DNA from: a virus
Taxonomy: Duplodnaviria > Heunggongvirae > Uroviricota > Caudoviricetes
DNA: 64,000 nucleotides
Direction: 5' to 3' (one strand)
IMG/VR virus record: IMGVR_UViG_3300028648_000132
A program made the position numbers and the translations under genes. The notes below the pieces were generated by a model, which did not search any database, was not told the origin of the DNA, and was given only the letters and a program-made list of their open reading frames with translations. Positions 27,932-36,510 of this stretch are shown one piece after another; positions within the stretch are counted from its first letter, which is position 1; the number at the start of each line of letters is the position of its first letter.

Positions 27932-28275
27932 TTGCCCTTGGCGCCCTTACCGGTGTCCGCCGCGGTGTCGTCCTCGCCGCCGGTAGCGGTGTACGCCTCG
28001 CCGGTGTGCACGGTCTCCAGCACCTCAGGGTCCTGGTTGGTGACGTCGCCTAGGTGGGCGTCCGGCGCGACGATGAAGGACTCCGGCGCCACGTCGTCGA
28101 GGCTGATGACGCCGTCCATGACGGTGCCGGTCGGGATGGCGGGGTCAGTGCGATGCCCGGACTCGATGGCGGCCAGGGTTACCGTGCCTTCCGCGGTGGT
28201 GTCGATGGTGTATTCGTCGACGTCCTGCAAGTAGATGACGCGGTCGTTGAAGCGGATCTCAAGGCGTGCGGCCAT
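27928..28275 (-). CDS. hypothetical acidic protein
   Basis: 115 aa, tightly overlapping its neighbours. Confidence 0.5.
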   Translation of the reverse strand: MAARLEIRFNDRVIYLQDVDEYTIDTTAEGTVTLAAIESGHRTDPAIPTGTVMDGVISLDDVAPESFIVAPDAHLGDVTNQDPEVLETVHTGEAYTATGGEDDTAADTGKGAKGK

Positions 28276-28603
28276 CAGGGTCTCCTAGGTTGGGGAAGAG
28301 GGACTTGAAGGGGATGGACGGGAGACCGCGTAGGCGTGAAAGCAGCTCAGTCACAATGGTTTTAGCGAGTTCGTCGAGCTTGTTGAGGCCAGTGCGGTCC
28401 AGGATTGCGCGGGTAACGGCGTCGGCGATCACGGGCAGCTTGTCGTCCAGCTCGCCGATTCGGGCGAAGACGCGGTCGAGTACTCGGTCAATGAGCTTGT
28501 CCAGCAGCCGGTCGACGAGTGTGTTTGATGGACGTTGACCGGGCAGGATCGAAGGATCGTCCATGCGTGTATCTCCCTGATTAGGAACGTGTTTGGGGTG
28601 CAC
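28259..28603 (-). CDS. hypothetical protein
   Basis: 114 aa. First gene after a 415-bp non-coding region; an alternative start is Met14 at 28564. Confidence 0.45.
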   Translation of the reverse strand: MHPKHVPNQGDTRMDDPSILPGQRPSNTLVDRLLDKLIDRVLDRVFARIGELDDKLPVIADAVTRAILDRTGLNKLDELAKTIVTELLSRLRGLPSIPFKSLFPNLGDPDGRTP

Positions 28604-28896
28604 CGGGCCTAGTTACCCGTTCGGCCGTGACGCGATAGCTGCCCAGCTTGTTCCACGCGAGGGCAAATGGCGGCCCGGTGCACCGGCCTTGGGGCTTCCC
28701 GCCAGCGCGGCGCAGCGCGCCCTCACCCCCAAGGAGTTGGGGCGTCCTGGGCGTCGGAGTACCACCCGCCCGACAGGCCGGGCGGCGATGTGGTGGCGTA
28801 CCTGGTGACCCTGGCGCCGGGCATGCGGCGAACCTGGGGTCGCGCGCTTACCGGCAGTATCAGCGGTACCGGGTTGACGCGGCGCGGGGGCGGGAA

Positions 28897-28938
28897 GCGG
28901 ATAAACGAAACGCCCCCGGGGTGAGGTCCGGGGGCGTT
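28897..28938 (-). terminator. strong intrinsic terminator (11-bp stem) in a 415-bp intergenic region
   Basis: AACGCCCCCGG-GGTGAGGT-CCGGGGGCGTT, followed on the minus strand by a UUCGUUUAU tract. Confidence 0.5.
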
Positions 28939-29018
28939 CAAGGCACAGCGGTGCCAACGACATATGTATAACACGTGATACGGGCGCAGGCCCGTACGCA
29001 GGTCAGACGGTGTGTCGG

Positions 29019-29405
29019 TCAGCCGGTATATGGGAATCCCCGCCACAGCCGGGCGCACTGGCGGTTGATCTCAAGCTGGGTCTGTTCGGCGGAGCGGGCC
29101 GCCCGCCAGAGCACGTCGCCGAAGAACTGGATCACGTCGGCAGGGACAGGTGTTTCCCGGTAAGTGTGGAGCAGCTGATCGAGCGACGCTGTCATGGCGT
29201 CGAGGCTGCTGACCCCGACTGACTCGGCGATGCGTTCAAGCTGACCGAACGCCTGGTAGTCGGGGTCTCTGCGGACCTCGGCCTCAAGCTGGAGCACCCG
29301 CTCCGCGGCCTCGTGCAACTCCCCTGCATTCCATGTCAGCGCCATGTCAACATGGTGCCAGACTGTGTCCGAGGCGTCTCCGGGCCGCGAGGAACGTCTC
29401 CACAA
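29019..29405 (-). CDS. hypothetical protein
   Basis: Helical protein of 128 or 108 aa (alternative start Met21 at 29345), directly downstream of the membrane protein gene. Confidence 0.45.
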   Translation of the reverse strand: MWRRSSRPGDASDTVWHHVDMALTWNAGELHEAAERVLQLEAEVRRDPDYQAFGQLERIAESVGVSSLDAMTASLDQLLHTYRETPVPADVIQFFGDVLWRAARSAEQTQLEINRQCARLWRGFPYTG

Positions 29406-29426
29406 CTAGGGGCCTACACGGTAGAG

Positions 29427-30020
29427 CTATCGCCCGTCGTCGGGGTCGGTCGGCTGCCCCGGTAGCTCCCGTAGTCGTTTGTCTAGCTCCAGTGCTTCCC
29501 GCTGGTTCCTGATGTCCTCGGCCATGATGCGCACAGCCCGTTCGCGCCTGGCGAGGTCGGCGTCCTTTTGCTCCTGCTCCAGTTGGAACTCGGCGCGGTC
29601 GTTGGCAATCGTCTTCTCCCTGAGTGCTTCCTGCGCCAGCAGCTTGGCGGTGTGCCCGTCGGTCAGATCGAACGACAACCGACTCAGCCTGTGGCCCATC
29701 CACATCGCGTAGCTGCCGAATACGGCCGACGCGCTGAAAACGGCAGGGTTGAGGCCAAGGACCAGGGTCGCTATACCACCAACAACGACGGCCGCTGCGC
29801 CAAGGAGAAACAGAGCCGTCGATAAGCCCCGGGTTAAACGTGAGTGCTGCGCTAGCTGCTTCGCAACCTCGTGGAACGCGCCCACGGAGATGGTGGCAGC
29901 CAGCCCGCCCCCAAACGTTGCCAGGAGGAGCACCTGTAGCCAGGACGGCATCCCAAGCTCGGAGTTCCCGCCCTGGCCGTCTGCCAGTAGAACCGTGACG
30001 CTCTCCAACCCGGCGTACAT
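29427..30020 (-). CDS. membrane protein with 3-4 TM helices and a C-terminal coiled coil
   Basis: 197 aa. Hydrophobic segments LQVLLLATFGGGLAATISVGAF and TALFLLGAAAVVVGGIATLVLGL, followed by charged coiled coil EQEQKDADLARRERAV. Confidence 0.55.
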   Translation of the reverse strand: MYAGLESVTVLLADGQGGNSELGMPSWLQVLLLATFGGGLAATISVGAFHEVAKQLAQHSRLTRGLSTALFLLGAAAVVVGGIATLVLGLNPAVFSASAVFGSYAMWMGHRLSRLSFDLTDGHTAKLLAQEALREKTIANDRAEFQLEQEQKDADLARRERAVRIMAEDIRNQREALELDKRLRELPGQPTDPDDGR

Positions 30021-30026
30021 CAGGAT

Positions 30027-30326
30027 CTATCGGGGCCTGTTTAGGGCTTCGTCGACCATCTGCCTGAGGTCAGGGCTGGGCGGTTCGACCGCCTCGATTC
30101 TCTCCAAGTCACGGGGCGCATAGGTGAACCAGCGCGGTGTCCTCGGGGTGGGGTTGGGCGGCACCAGCGGATTGTCAATAAGTTGTTGCTTGGTGCCGTT
30201 GGGGTCATGGACTAGCAGGCTCCCGTCCGCGAGTATTAGCCACTGCGCCCCGGTGCCGAACTGGTCGTATATCGGGTTGTCGTAGCGGTAGACCTTGATC
30301 CCGATGTAAGCCTCAGTCATGGCCAC
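30027..30326 (-). CDS. hypothetical protein
   Basis: Compact 99-aa ORF. Confidence 0.45.
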   Translation of the reverse strand: MAMTEAYIGIKVYRYDNPIYDQFGTGAQWLILADGSLLVHDPNGTKQQLIDNPLVPPNPTPRTPRWFTYAPRDLERIEAVEPPSPDLRQMVDEALNRPR

Positions 30327-30344
30327 AACCTACCGGGGAAACGC

Positions 30345-31100
30345 CTAGCTCGGCTGTTCGGCTGCTAAATGCATTGCGAGGAGCGCGGCGGCGACGGTGG
30401 GTGCATCGTCGGCGGCAAGGGGTGTGGGTATGCCGGACAGCGCGAGCCGGTTGCCACGCGGGGTGCGGTCCAAACGGACGGCGCCGTCCGCCCACGGCTG
30501 GCCGCCCAGCGGCACCCGGACCGACTCGGACCCGTACTCGTCCAGCCCCACCTCCGGCAGCTCCACTAGCAGACAGCCAGCCGCCTGGAGAAGCGACGGG
30601 AGGACCGCCGCTATGCGGGCCGCGACCTGCTCCGGCGTATAGACCAGTGTGGTGGGGTGGGTATCGCCTAGGCGGGTTTGCGTGGTGCCAAGCAGGTTGG
30701 GTACACCCGCAATGGCCTGGCTGATCTTTGCCTCAATACGGCGTGCCATGTCCACTGTCCTATCAGCTGCCACCGACAGAGGGATCGCGCGCCGACCAGC
30801 GCGTGGTGCCGGTGCAGCGTTGATGGCGTTGATCGCTGCGGCGGCGACCTGGTCCATATCCAGCTCTATCGCGGTCATGTCGATAACCGACCGGTCGCGG
30901 TCGACATGCCCGAATCGTTCAGCCTGCCGCTCCAGCTCCACCCAGATCCCGTCCCGCACCCGGGCGACCTCGTCAGCCATCGGCGCGGCCATGTCGAGTA
31001 CTGATGTAACGATCTGCATAGTCGTCATATCCTTCGCGTGGCCTGTAGGTGTAGCCACCCATCGGTGAGTCTTCTGCGCGAGGGTCGGCCACGCGAACAC
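30345..31100 (-). CDS. hypothetical protein
   Basis: 251 aa by the track; the start is probably internal (Met25 at 31028). Ala-rich. Confidence 0.45.
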   Translation of the reverse strand: MFAWPTLAQKTHRWVATPTGHAKDMTTMQIVTSVLDMAAPMADEVARVRDGIWVELERQAERFGHVDRDRSVIDMTAIELDMDQVAAAAINAINAAPAPRAGRRAIPLSVAADRTVDMARRIEAKISQAIAGVPNLLGTTQTRLGDTHPTTLVYTPEQVAARIAAVLPSLLQAAGCLLVELPEVGLDEYGSESVRVPLGGQPWADGAVRLDRTPRGNRLALSGIPTPLAADDAPTVAAALLAMHLAAEQPS

Positions 31101-31160
31101 CCGATATGTGCATCCATGGCGCTGGGTCAGAACCCTTGGTTTGGCCCTCCTCAGGGTTGG

Positions 31161-31607
31161 CTACGTCCATGGGTTGTCGTACCTCCAGTTGTGCATGTCT
31201 TCGCCGGGGTGGACGTGGTCGCCCCGGCGGGTTATCTGCTGCCATTCCAACGGGATACGAAGGAGTGGGGGTCGTCCGATGAGTAGGTCCAATGCCTTCA
31301 AACGTTGTGGCACAACACGTGTCGGTGGGTAGAAGTTGATGTTGTTCGGGTCGGTCAGCACCACGTTGTAGGCGGACGGCCAGACGTCTTGTGTGTAGCC
31401 GTCGCGCAGCTCGATAGTGAGGTAGAAGCCCCTGCTAAAGCCCTTGTTGTCGAAGTCGACGTGTTGCACCACGTTGACCAAGCCGCGCTCCTCCGCAGTC
31501 CTGCTGCTACGGATATTGGGACCGAGGCGCCACCAGCAGTCGGCGGGGCCGGGCAGTCGACGCGCGATCACCGACCGCGGCGCGGGGGCGGGCAGGTTGT
31601 CGGTCAC
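31161..31607 (-). CDS. hypothetical protein
   Basis: GTG at 31607 overlaps the upstream stop (GTGA). The upstream Arg-rich part of the track ORF is artefact. Confidence 0.45.
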   Translation of the reverse strand: MTDNLPAPAPRSVIARRLPGPADCWWRLGPNIRSSRTAEERGLVNVVQHVDFDNKGFSRGFYLTIELRDGYTQDVWPSAYNVVLTDPNNINFYPPTRVVPQRLKALDLLIGRPPLLRIPLEWQQITRRGDHVHPGEDMHNWRYDNPWT

Positions 31608-32344
31608 CGATGCCCCAACCCTGCGAAGCGTAGATGCAGTTGAACGGCACCGCCTTTGATACGGAACCATGCGAAAACCCCGTAGGTGGGGTGGGTGAAC
31701 AACTCCACATAGCTGTCCGCCAGGTCCGGAATCGAGGTATGGAGCAGACGTACGCCAGGACGCGCACCGTACACGGCTGCGCACGGGACGACGTGCGTCA
31801 GATACTGGCCGCCGACCCGTATCCGAAGCCAGAGCATGTCTGTTTCATGGCTATAAGACGACTCACACCTGATGTCGACCGTCCGGTGGTGGCTCGGACG
31901 GAGCCGGTACACCTCGGGTGTCTCAACTGCTCGGTACTCGGCGGGCACCAACTCAGCGATAACGAGCGTGAAATATGTTGGGAGGGGGCGATCATCTAAT
32001 AGGTGCGGTGGCTCGGACGACTCCGCTGGGCTGTCGATACGGAAACGACCCAGCGGGACGCTGCGATCCGCACGAATACCAAAGCCACCGAACGTCCGTG
32101 ACGGCTCGCCTTCATAGTGGCTGGCGTACACGTCCCCGGGTCGGCGGTCGGTGTCGGTTACCGCGCTGGCTTTCAGCCCGGTAGCGCCGGGGCAGCCGTT
32201 GGTCGCTAATCCGTGCCACCCGTTGCCGCATTTGGGGCAGGTGTCCTGGTTGATGTTGTGGTCGTACCCCGAGGATTCCTGCTCCAGCTGCTCGTCGACG
32301 AGCGCGGCTATCGCGTCGACGACATCGGCCTCCGGGTTCCTCAC
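31604..32344 (-). CDS. hypothetical protein with a CPKCG zinc knuckle
   Basis: GTG at 32344 overlaps the upstream stop (GTGA). 246 aa. Confidence 0.45.
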   Translation of the reverse strand: MRNPEADVVDAIAALVDEQLEQESSGYDHNINQDTCPKCGNGWHGLATNGCPGATGLKASAVTDTDRRPGDVYASHYEGEPSRTFGGFGIRADRSVPLGRFRIDSPAESSEPPHLLDDRPLPTYFTLVIAELVPAEYRAVETPEVYRLRPSHHRTVDIRCESSYSHETDMLWLRIRVGGQYLTHVVPCAAVYGARPGVRLLHTSIPDLADSYVELFTHPTYGVFAWFRIKGGAVQLHLRFAGLGHR

Positions 32345-32649
32345 CGGTGCGCTGCCTCCCAGGCGCGGAACCGCTCCCACATGGCCATCGCCGGGAGGTC
32401 GCGCGGGTAGGTGGGCTCGCCGTCGAAGATGTGCAGCGCGGTGTAGCCGGGCGCGAAGTGGGTGAGGCCGGTCTGGCTGAACACACCGCCGCCGTAGGCG
32501 TCGCCCTCGATCTCCCACTCAACGACCGGGCGGGCGTCTGGTCCCACGATGACGATGCGCTCGATGACCGTGGTGTCGGCGATGCGGTGAGCCAGTTGCA
32601 CCAGACGCCACGCCAGCCACCGGTGGAGACCTATCTCCCGAATCACCAC
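32341..32649 (-). CDS. hypothetical protein
   Basis: 102-aa ORF. Confidence 0.45.
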   Translation of the reverse strand: MVIREIGLHRWLAWRLVQLAHRIADTTVIERIVIVGPDARPVVEWEIEGDAYGGGVFSQTGLTHFAPGYTALHIFDGEPTYPRDLPAMAMWERFRAWEAAHR

Positions 32650-33074
32650 GGCCTCTCCCTGGCCAGTCCGGCTAAGTGGGCGGCCGCAGCAGCGATAGCA
32701 TCGAAGGCATCGGCGGCCGTGCCGATGTCGACTTTGCCGACGGAATCCTTAAGGTGCTTAACGTTTCGGCGCATCACAGCCTTCGCCCCGGCCGCCACCG
32801 CCCGCGGGTCGTCGGCACGGAACACGTAGGCGGCCGAGGAGTCCCATCGCCCGCGGGACCAGCGTTCGTAATGATCTTCGCGCTGACGGTAGTCGGAGCG
32901 ATGCACGCGCTCGAGTTCCGCACCGTTTGTATCGGCGATGACGATGTCGCGGGCCAGTACGCGGCTCACAACACCCACCTGTACTACGTCAGCGTGGTGG
33001 CGGTTGGATGTCACTACGACGACGTTGGCGCCCACCATCATCCAGCCAGGCAAGCCGTCGGCGGCATTCGTCAT
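32643..33074 (-). CDS. hypothetical protein
   Basis: ATG at 33074 overlaps the upstream stop (ATGA). 143 aa. Confidence 0.45.
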   Translation of the reverse strand: MTNAADGLPGWMMVGANVVVVTSNRHHADVVQVGVVSRVLARDIVIADTNGAELERVHRSDYRQREDHYERWSRGRWDSSAAYVFRADDPRAVAAGAKAVMRRNVKHLKDSVGKVDIGTAADAFDAIAAAAAHLAGLARERPW

Positions 33075-33463
33075 GGTGCGACCACGGTGATGATGGGCTT
33101 GCCGGGCATCATGTCGGCTAGCTCGGTCAACGGGTTGATGCGCTTGTGCGCGTCCCCGCCCAACGGTGTGACGGCCAGTTCGGCCCCGTGCACCTTTTCC
33201 AGGTTGGCCAGGCAGGTCATGTAGGCGTCTGCATCTGGCAGTTCGGGTACGTCGACGTCGGCCAGTTGGGGGTGTTGCGCCAGCAGTGCTGGCTTGCATT
33301 CGCCTGCGGCGCGGGGCAATTGGTGGGTGAAGAGGTTGTCGCCGGTCATGTAGTTGAGGAGTTGGTAGATATCGCCGATGTCAGCTACCAGGAACACGTC
33401 TGTGGTGACGGTCAGGATGGCGCCCAGGCCGAAGGTGCGCGGGGTGGGTGCGGTCACGGTCAT
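33071..33463 (-). CDS. hypothetical protein
   Basis: 130-aa ORF with no extension artefact. Confidence 0.5.
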   Translation of the reverse strand: MTVTAPTPRTFGLGAILTVTTDVFLVADIGDIYQLLNYMTGDNLFTHQLPRAAGECKPALLAQHPQLADVDVPELPDADAYMTCLANLEKVHGAELAVTPLGGDAHKRINPLTELADMMPGKPIITVVAP

Positions 33464-33793
33464 CTAGTCTTCTCCGGCGGCGTTGGGGGCCTTGATGTTT
33501 GGCCAGTAGATGACGGTGCGGCGGCCCATGCTGTCGGTGTAGGTGGGCAGCGACCAAATACGGTCGACGAGATCTGCGACGTCATCGTCGGCGCCTGCCA
33601 GGACGTAGGCCAGCTCTGCGGTGACCGCGGGGGTGAGGTTGGAGTCGTCCAGGACGACGGCCAGGCATTCCTTGCCGTACATGCCTCGCCCGCTGTAGTC
33701 CGTTCGGACAGTGGGTAATTCGCCGTCGCCAGCGTAGTTGTTGAGGCTGTCCTCGAAGGAGGTCAGCTGCTCGGCGGTCAGGGTCTCGTTCAT
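33464..33793 (-). CDS. hypothetical protein
   Basis: 109 aa. Its ATG lies 11 nt downstream of an AT-rich GTATAG-N4-CTATAC palindrome. Confidence 0.5.
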   Translation of the reverse strand: MNETLTAEQLTSFEDSLNNYAGDGELPTVRTDYSGRGMYGKECLAVVLDDSNLTPAVTAELAYVLAGADDDVADLVDRIWSLPTYTDSMGRRTVIYWPNIKAPNAAGED

Positions 33794-33803
33794 GAGATAA
33801 ACT

Positions 33804-33819
33804 GTATAGTTAGCTATAC
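33804..33819. promoter_or_regulatory. 16-bp palindrome GTATAGTTAGCTATAC (operator and/or -10 element) immediately 5' of the gene 33464-33793
   Basis: AT-rich dyad in a 68% GC genome. It shares the core AGCTATAC with three other sites (36836, 37257, 37305). Confidence 0.4.
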
Positions 33820-33832
33820 GTTATGTCGAGCG

Positions 33833-33946
33833 TTAGTCGGCGCGGATAACCGCGATGATCACGGCCGTCATGCAGAGCACCGCGACGACAAGGACGACCG
33901 CGGCGGGCCAGCCGTTCAGGCTCTGGAGTGGGGTGTTGAAATCCAT
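33833..33946 (-). CDS. small membrane peptide (37 aa)
   Basis: MDFNTPLQSLNGWPAAVVLVVAVLCMTAVIIAVIRAD, a single TM helix. The upstream part of the track ORF is artefact. Confidence 0.35.
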   Translation of the reverse strand: MDFNTPLQSLNGWPAAVVLVVAVLCMTAVIIAVIRAD

Positions 33947-33963
33947 TGCGGCGTCTGCCTTCC

Positions 33964-34194
33964 TTACCTGGTGACGTGTTGGGCGGTTGGGGTGCGGCCG
34001 TCGAGAATTTTCTGGATCAGGCCCGGGCTGCACGTCACCGCTGCGGCCAGCGTGGCGTAGGTCCACTTCTCTCGTTCGGTGGTCCACAGCTCGCGAACTA
34101 GCCGGTCCCGTTCGTACCGGTGTTGTTCGCCGACGCGGGAGGCATCACGCTGCAACCGGTGATGCTCCCGCGCCTGCTGTGCCCTTGGGTCCAC
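33964..34194 (-). CDS. small putative DNA-binding protein
   Basis: 76 aa with an HTH-like stretch (KWTYATLAAAVTCSPGLIQKIL), immediately downstream of the Ro60-like gene. Confidence 0.4.
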   Translation of the reverse strand: MDPRAQQAREHHRLQRDASRVGEQHRYERDRLVRELWTTEREKWTYATLAAAVTCSPGLIQKILDGRTPTAQHVTR

Positions 34195-34200
34195 GCGTTC

Positions 34201-35916
34201 CTACAGTCCGGCCGAGAAGTCCGAGATCAACTGCGGGACAGCCGAGTCGAAACCAGACACGTCGAGCTGGCCGGGGTCGGCGGGGTCGGCGATGGTGAAG
34301 CGGGTTGCCGTCATGCCGACAACGATCAGGCGGGCGTTGATGCCCATCTTGTTGCGGTAGTCGCGGAGCGCCTGGTGCGGGTGGACGTCGCCGAACCAGG
34401 TCTCGTTGTCGGTGATGACCACGAACGTGTCGAACTCGCGCTTGGACTGCTGCGCCCACAGCATCGGGAGTGCGCAGTCTGTGGCGCCGAAGCTGAGTCC
34501 GGCGGTGTACCGGCACACGTCGTCGAGGCGACGGCGCGGTGTGATGTCCAGCGGGGTGAGTAGGTGCTGGGACCGGTAGCCGTAGCCCGAGCGCGCGGCC
34601 TGTCGGCCGTCGGTGAAGCCGACGACTTCGTGGTCCGGCTCGACGTTGGCGGTGACGAGCGCGAGCGCGGCTGCGGCCTCGCGGCATGTCAGCGGCATAC
34701 CCGAGATCGCGGCGCCCATGGAGCCGGACACGTCCAGCGCCAGCAGGGTGCGCATGCCCGACGGCTCCACCGCGCCGTAGGCGTTGTAGAACGCAGCGTC
34801 CAGGGCATCCACGACCTTGCGTTCCGGCGTCCAGGTGGAGTCGCCGCGCGCCGAACGCCCGGACGCATAGGTGCGCTGTGCGATCAGGACGTTGACCGGG
34901 TGGACGCGGCCCTTTCGTAGACGGTCGGCGTCCTGGAGCTGAGCAACGACACGATCCAGATATTCACCATGCAGGACCCCATGCCGGGTCAGCCGCGGCA
35001 GTTGGCGCATCAAAGCCGTCTGCGGCAGACCATGCTCAATCAGCGCTTCCCACACAGCCGTGAAGTTGAGCGCGACGTCTGGCAACGCTTCCCAGGGAAG
35101 GCCGTTGCCACGTCGAATGATGCTCACCCATTCCTTGGGTTGGGTGGCGCGCTGGGCGTCCTCGAAGTCCTCGATGATCGCCAGGGGGTGGTCGACCGCC
35201 AGATCGACATTCGGCAGCTTGGGCCGGGAGGCGTTGCGCTCCCCTGCCTTCAACTGCTCGGCGGTGAGGGGCTGAACCTTGCCGATGTAGTCGTTCAGGC
35301 CCTTGCCGACTGCCCAGTTGAAGGCGAGGCGGCGGGCCGGGTCCGCCGTGGCGGGGCCGGACAGGCGTAGGAGGTCCCGGTGCATCCAGCCTTCGCGCTG
35401 CCGGTACTTGACCAGCTGGTAGGCGAGACGGTCGACGGGCTTGTCGAGGTACCAGCCGCCGACGGCGCGCTGCATGGCGCGGCCCCACCCGCGGAACTGC
35501 TCCATGTACTTGACGAACGTGTACAGCTGGGTGCCGGTGCGGGCGACCGTGGGCAGGGCTGCCGCGGCGGCGCGGCGGCCGTCGACGTCCTCTGCTGCTG
35601 CGGCGATAGCGAGGGCGAACAGGGCCGGGTTCTGTCGGGGCGCGCGTCCGGCCACCGATACCTCGACGATGTGCTGGACGAGGTGGACCGGGTCGGCCGC
35701 TGCTGCGCGGAACACCACCGCCGCGGTGTCCTTAGTCAGGTCGGCGGCGTTGGTGTAGTAGGTGCCGCCGTCGGTGCCGAGGGTGAGGAAGCGGTGCAGC
35801 AGCGTCTCGTCGTCGATGGTGAAGGTGTAGCCACCGGCGGAGTTCTTCACCTGCCGGGGGTCCGCCTGCTGCGACTGCGGCGTCTTACGGGTTCCGATAG
35901 TGGTGAGAACGTCCAC
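34201..35916 (-). CDS. rsr: Ro60/Rsr-like ribonucleoprotein (TROVE domain plus C-terminal vWA domain)
   Basis: 571 aa. C-terminal vWA domain with the MIDAS motif LALDVSGSMGAA, and a long helical TROVE-like N-terminal region. GTG start with an AAGGAGA RBS. Immediately adjacent to tRNA-like ncRNA modules, the arrangement described for rsr/Y RNA loci. Confidence 0.8.
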   Translation of the reverse strand: MDVLTTIGTRKTPQSQQADPRQVKNSAGGYTFTIDDETLLHRFLTLGTDGGTYYTNAADLTKDTAAVVFRAAAADPVHLVQHIVEVSVAGRAPRQNPALFALAIAAAAEDVDGRRAAAAALPTVARTGTQLYTFVKYMEQFRGWGRAMQRAVGGWYLDKPVDRLAYQLVKYRQREGWMHRDLLRLSGPATADPARRLAFNWAVGKGLNDYIGKVQPLTAEQLKAGERNASRPKLPNVDLAVDHPLAIIEDFEDAQRATQPKEWVSIIRRGNGLPWEALPDVALNFTAVWEALIEHGLPQTALMRQLPRLTRHGVLHGEYLDRVVAQLQDADRLRKGRVHPVNVLIAQRTYASGRSARGDSTWTPERKVVDALDAAFYNAYGAVEPSGMRTLLALDVSGSMGAAISGMPLTCREAAAALALVTANVEPDHEVVGFTDGRQAARSGYGYRSQHLLTPLDITPRRRLDDVCRYTAGLSFGATDCALPMLWAQQSKREFDTFVVITDNETWFGDVHPHQALRDYRNKMGINARLIVVGMTATRFTIADPADPGQLDVSGFDSAVPQLISDFSAGL

Positions 35917-35947
35917 CGTGCATCTCCTTGGTAGGGGTGCGGGCGGC

Positions 35948-36030
35948 GCGAACGTGTGTGGGGCTGCCGGGGTTTGTCATCCATGTGAGGGAGGGGTTAA
36001 CCGACTGCGATCCTGCTCGTGCCACCCGTG
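35948..36030 (-). ncRNA. degenerate Y-RNA-like stem (module 0), without a tRNA-like domain
   Basis: Carries the conserved 5'-strand motif variant AGGATCGCAGTCGGTTAAC and a 3'-strand CACACACGUUCG that pair over a short internal loop. Lies between rsr and module 1. Confidence 0.3.
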
Positions 36031-36048
36031 AGGGGCTATTGGGCGGGT

Positions 36049-36168
36049 GATGTGAACGTGTGTGTGCTGACCGGGATTTCGCTTTTACACCCGCACTAGG
36101 TGCGGGCGACAGGGATTGAACCTGCATTACCAATTGAGTGATAACCGACCGAGCGTCCTGTTCACATC
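36049..36168 (-). ncRNA. Y-RNA-like (YrlA-like) ncRNA module 1 with a tRNA-like domain
   Basis: 9-bp closing helix GAUGUGAAC / GUUCACAUC. Conserved motif GUGAACAGGACGCUCGGUCGGUUAUC, a D-loop-like CAAUUGGUAAUG, T-arm GCAGG-UUCAAUC-CCUGU, and a closed acceptor-like hairpin CCCGCAC-CUA-GUGCGGG. Confidence 0.5.
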
Positions 36169-36217
36169 GGGTTGTCTGTCGTGCGCGTAGGTGGTGTGGG
36201 CGTGTGGGGTGCCGACC

Positions 36218-36332
36218 GGCGTATGTGGACAATTGCCTCTACCAATTGGGCTACACCCCGCGAGCGAGGTGGTGGGGCTCGAACCCACACCTGACTGTTT
36301 TGGTAACCGACCTGCGTCCTGTCCACACCGCC
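36218..36332 (-). ncRNA. Y-RNA-like ncRNA module 2 (permuted tRNA-like)
   Basis: Conserved motif, then T-arm GUGGG-UUCGAGC-CCCAC, an acceptor-like hairpin CACCUCG/CGGGGUG closed by a short loop, then UA plus a D-arm-like GCCCAAUUGGUAGAGGC. Closing helix GGCGGUGUGGAC / GUCCACAUACGCC. Confidence 0.5.
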
Positions 36333-36363
36333 TGCGCGCGTGCGTCTGCTGGTGTCTTGAGGT

Positions 36364-36497
36364 GGTGTGAGCGTGTGGGTGTCGTCCGGGTTTTAGCGCT
36401 CTAGGCCGCTGAGCTACAACCACTTTCGTGGCTGGCGGGATTCGAACCCGCGTCTCTCTCATGAAAGGAGATAACCGAACGAAGTCCTGTTCACACC
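36364..36497 (-). ncRNA. Y-RNA-like ncRNA module 3 (permuted tRNA-like; best preserved)
   Basis: Conserved motif, an anticodon-like hairpin UCUCC-UUUCAUG-AGAGA, T-arm GCGGG-UUCGAAU-CCCGC, acceptor 3' strand CAGCCAC, a GAAA loop, acceptor 5' strand GUGGUUG, then UA and a canonical D-arm GCUC-AGCGGCCUA-GAGC. Closing helix GGUGUGAAC / GCUCACACC. Confidence 0.55.
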
Positions 36498-36510
36498 GTG
36501 CTACGTATGG

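Noticed and set aside
28613-29058. ORFs 28613-28963 and 28723-29058 (minus) and 28648-28971 (plus) in the 415-bp gap
   Set aside because: They overlap one another, are Arg/Pro/Gly-rich, and read straight through a strong terminator hairpin. The region is better explained as non-coding, a promoter/leader plus terminator.
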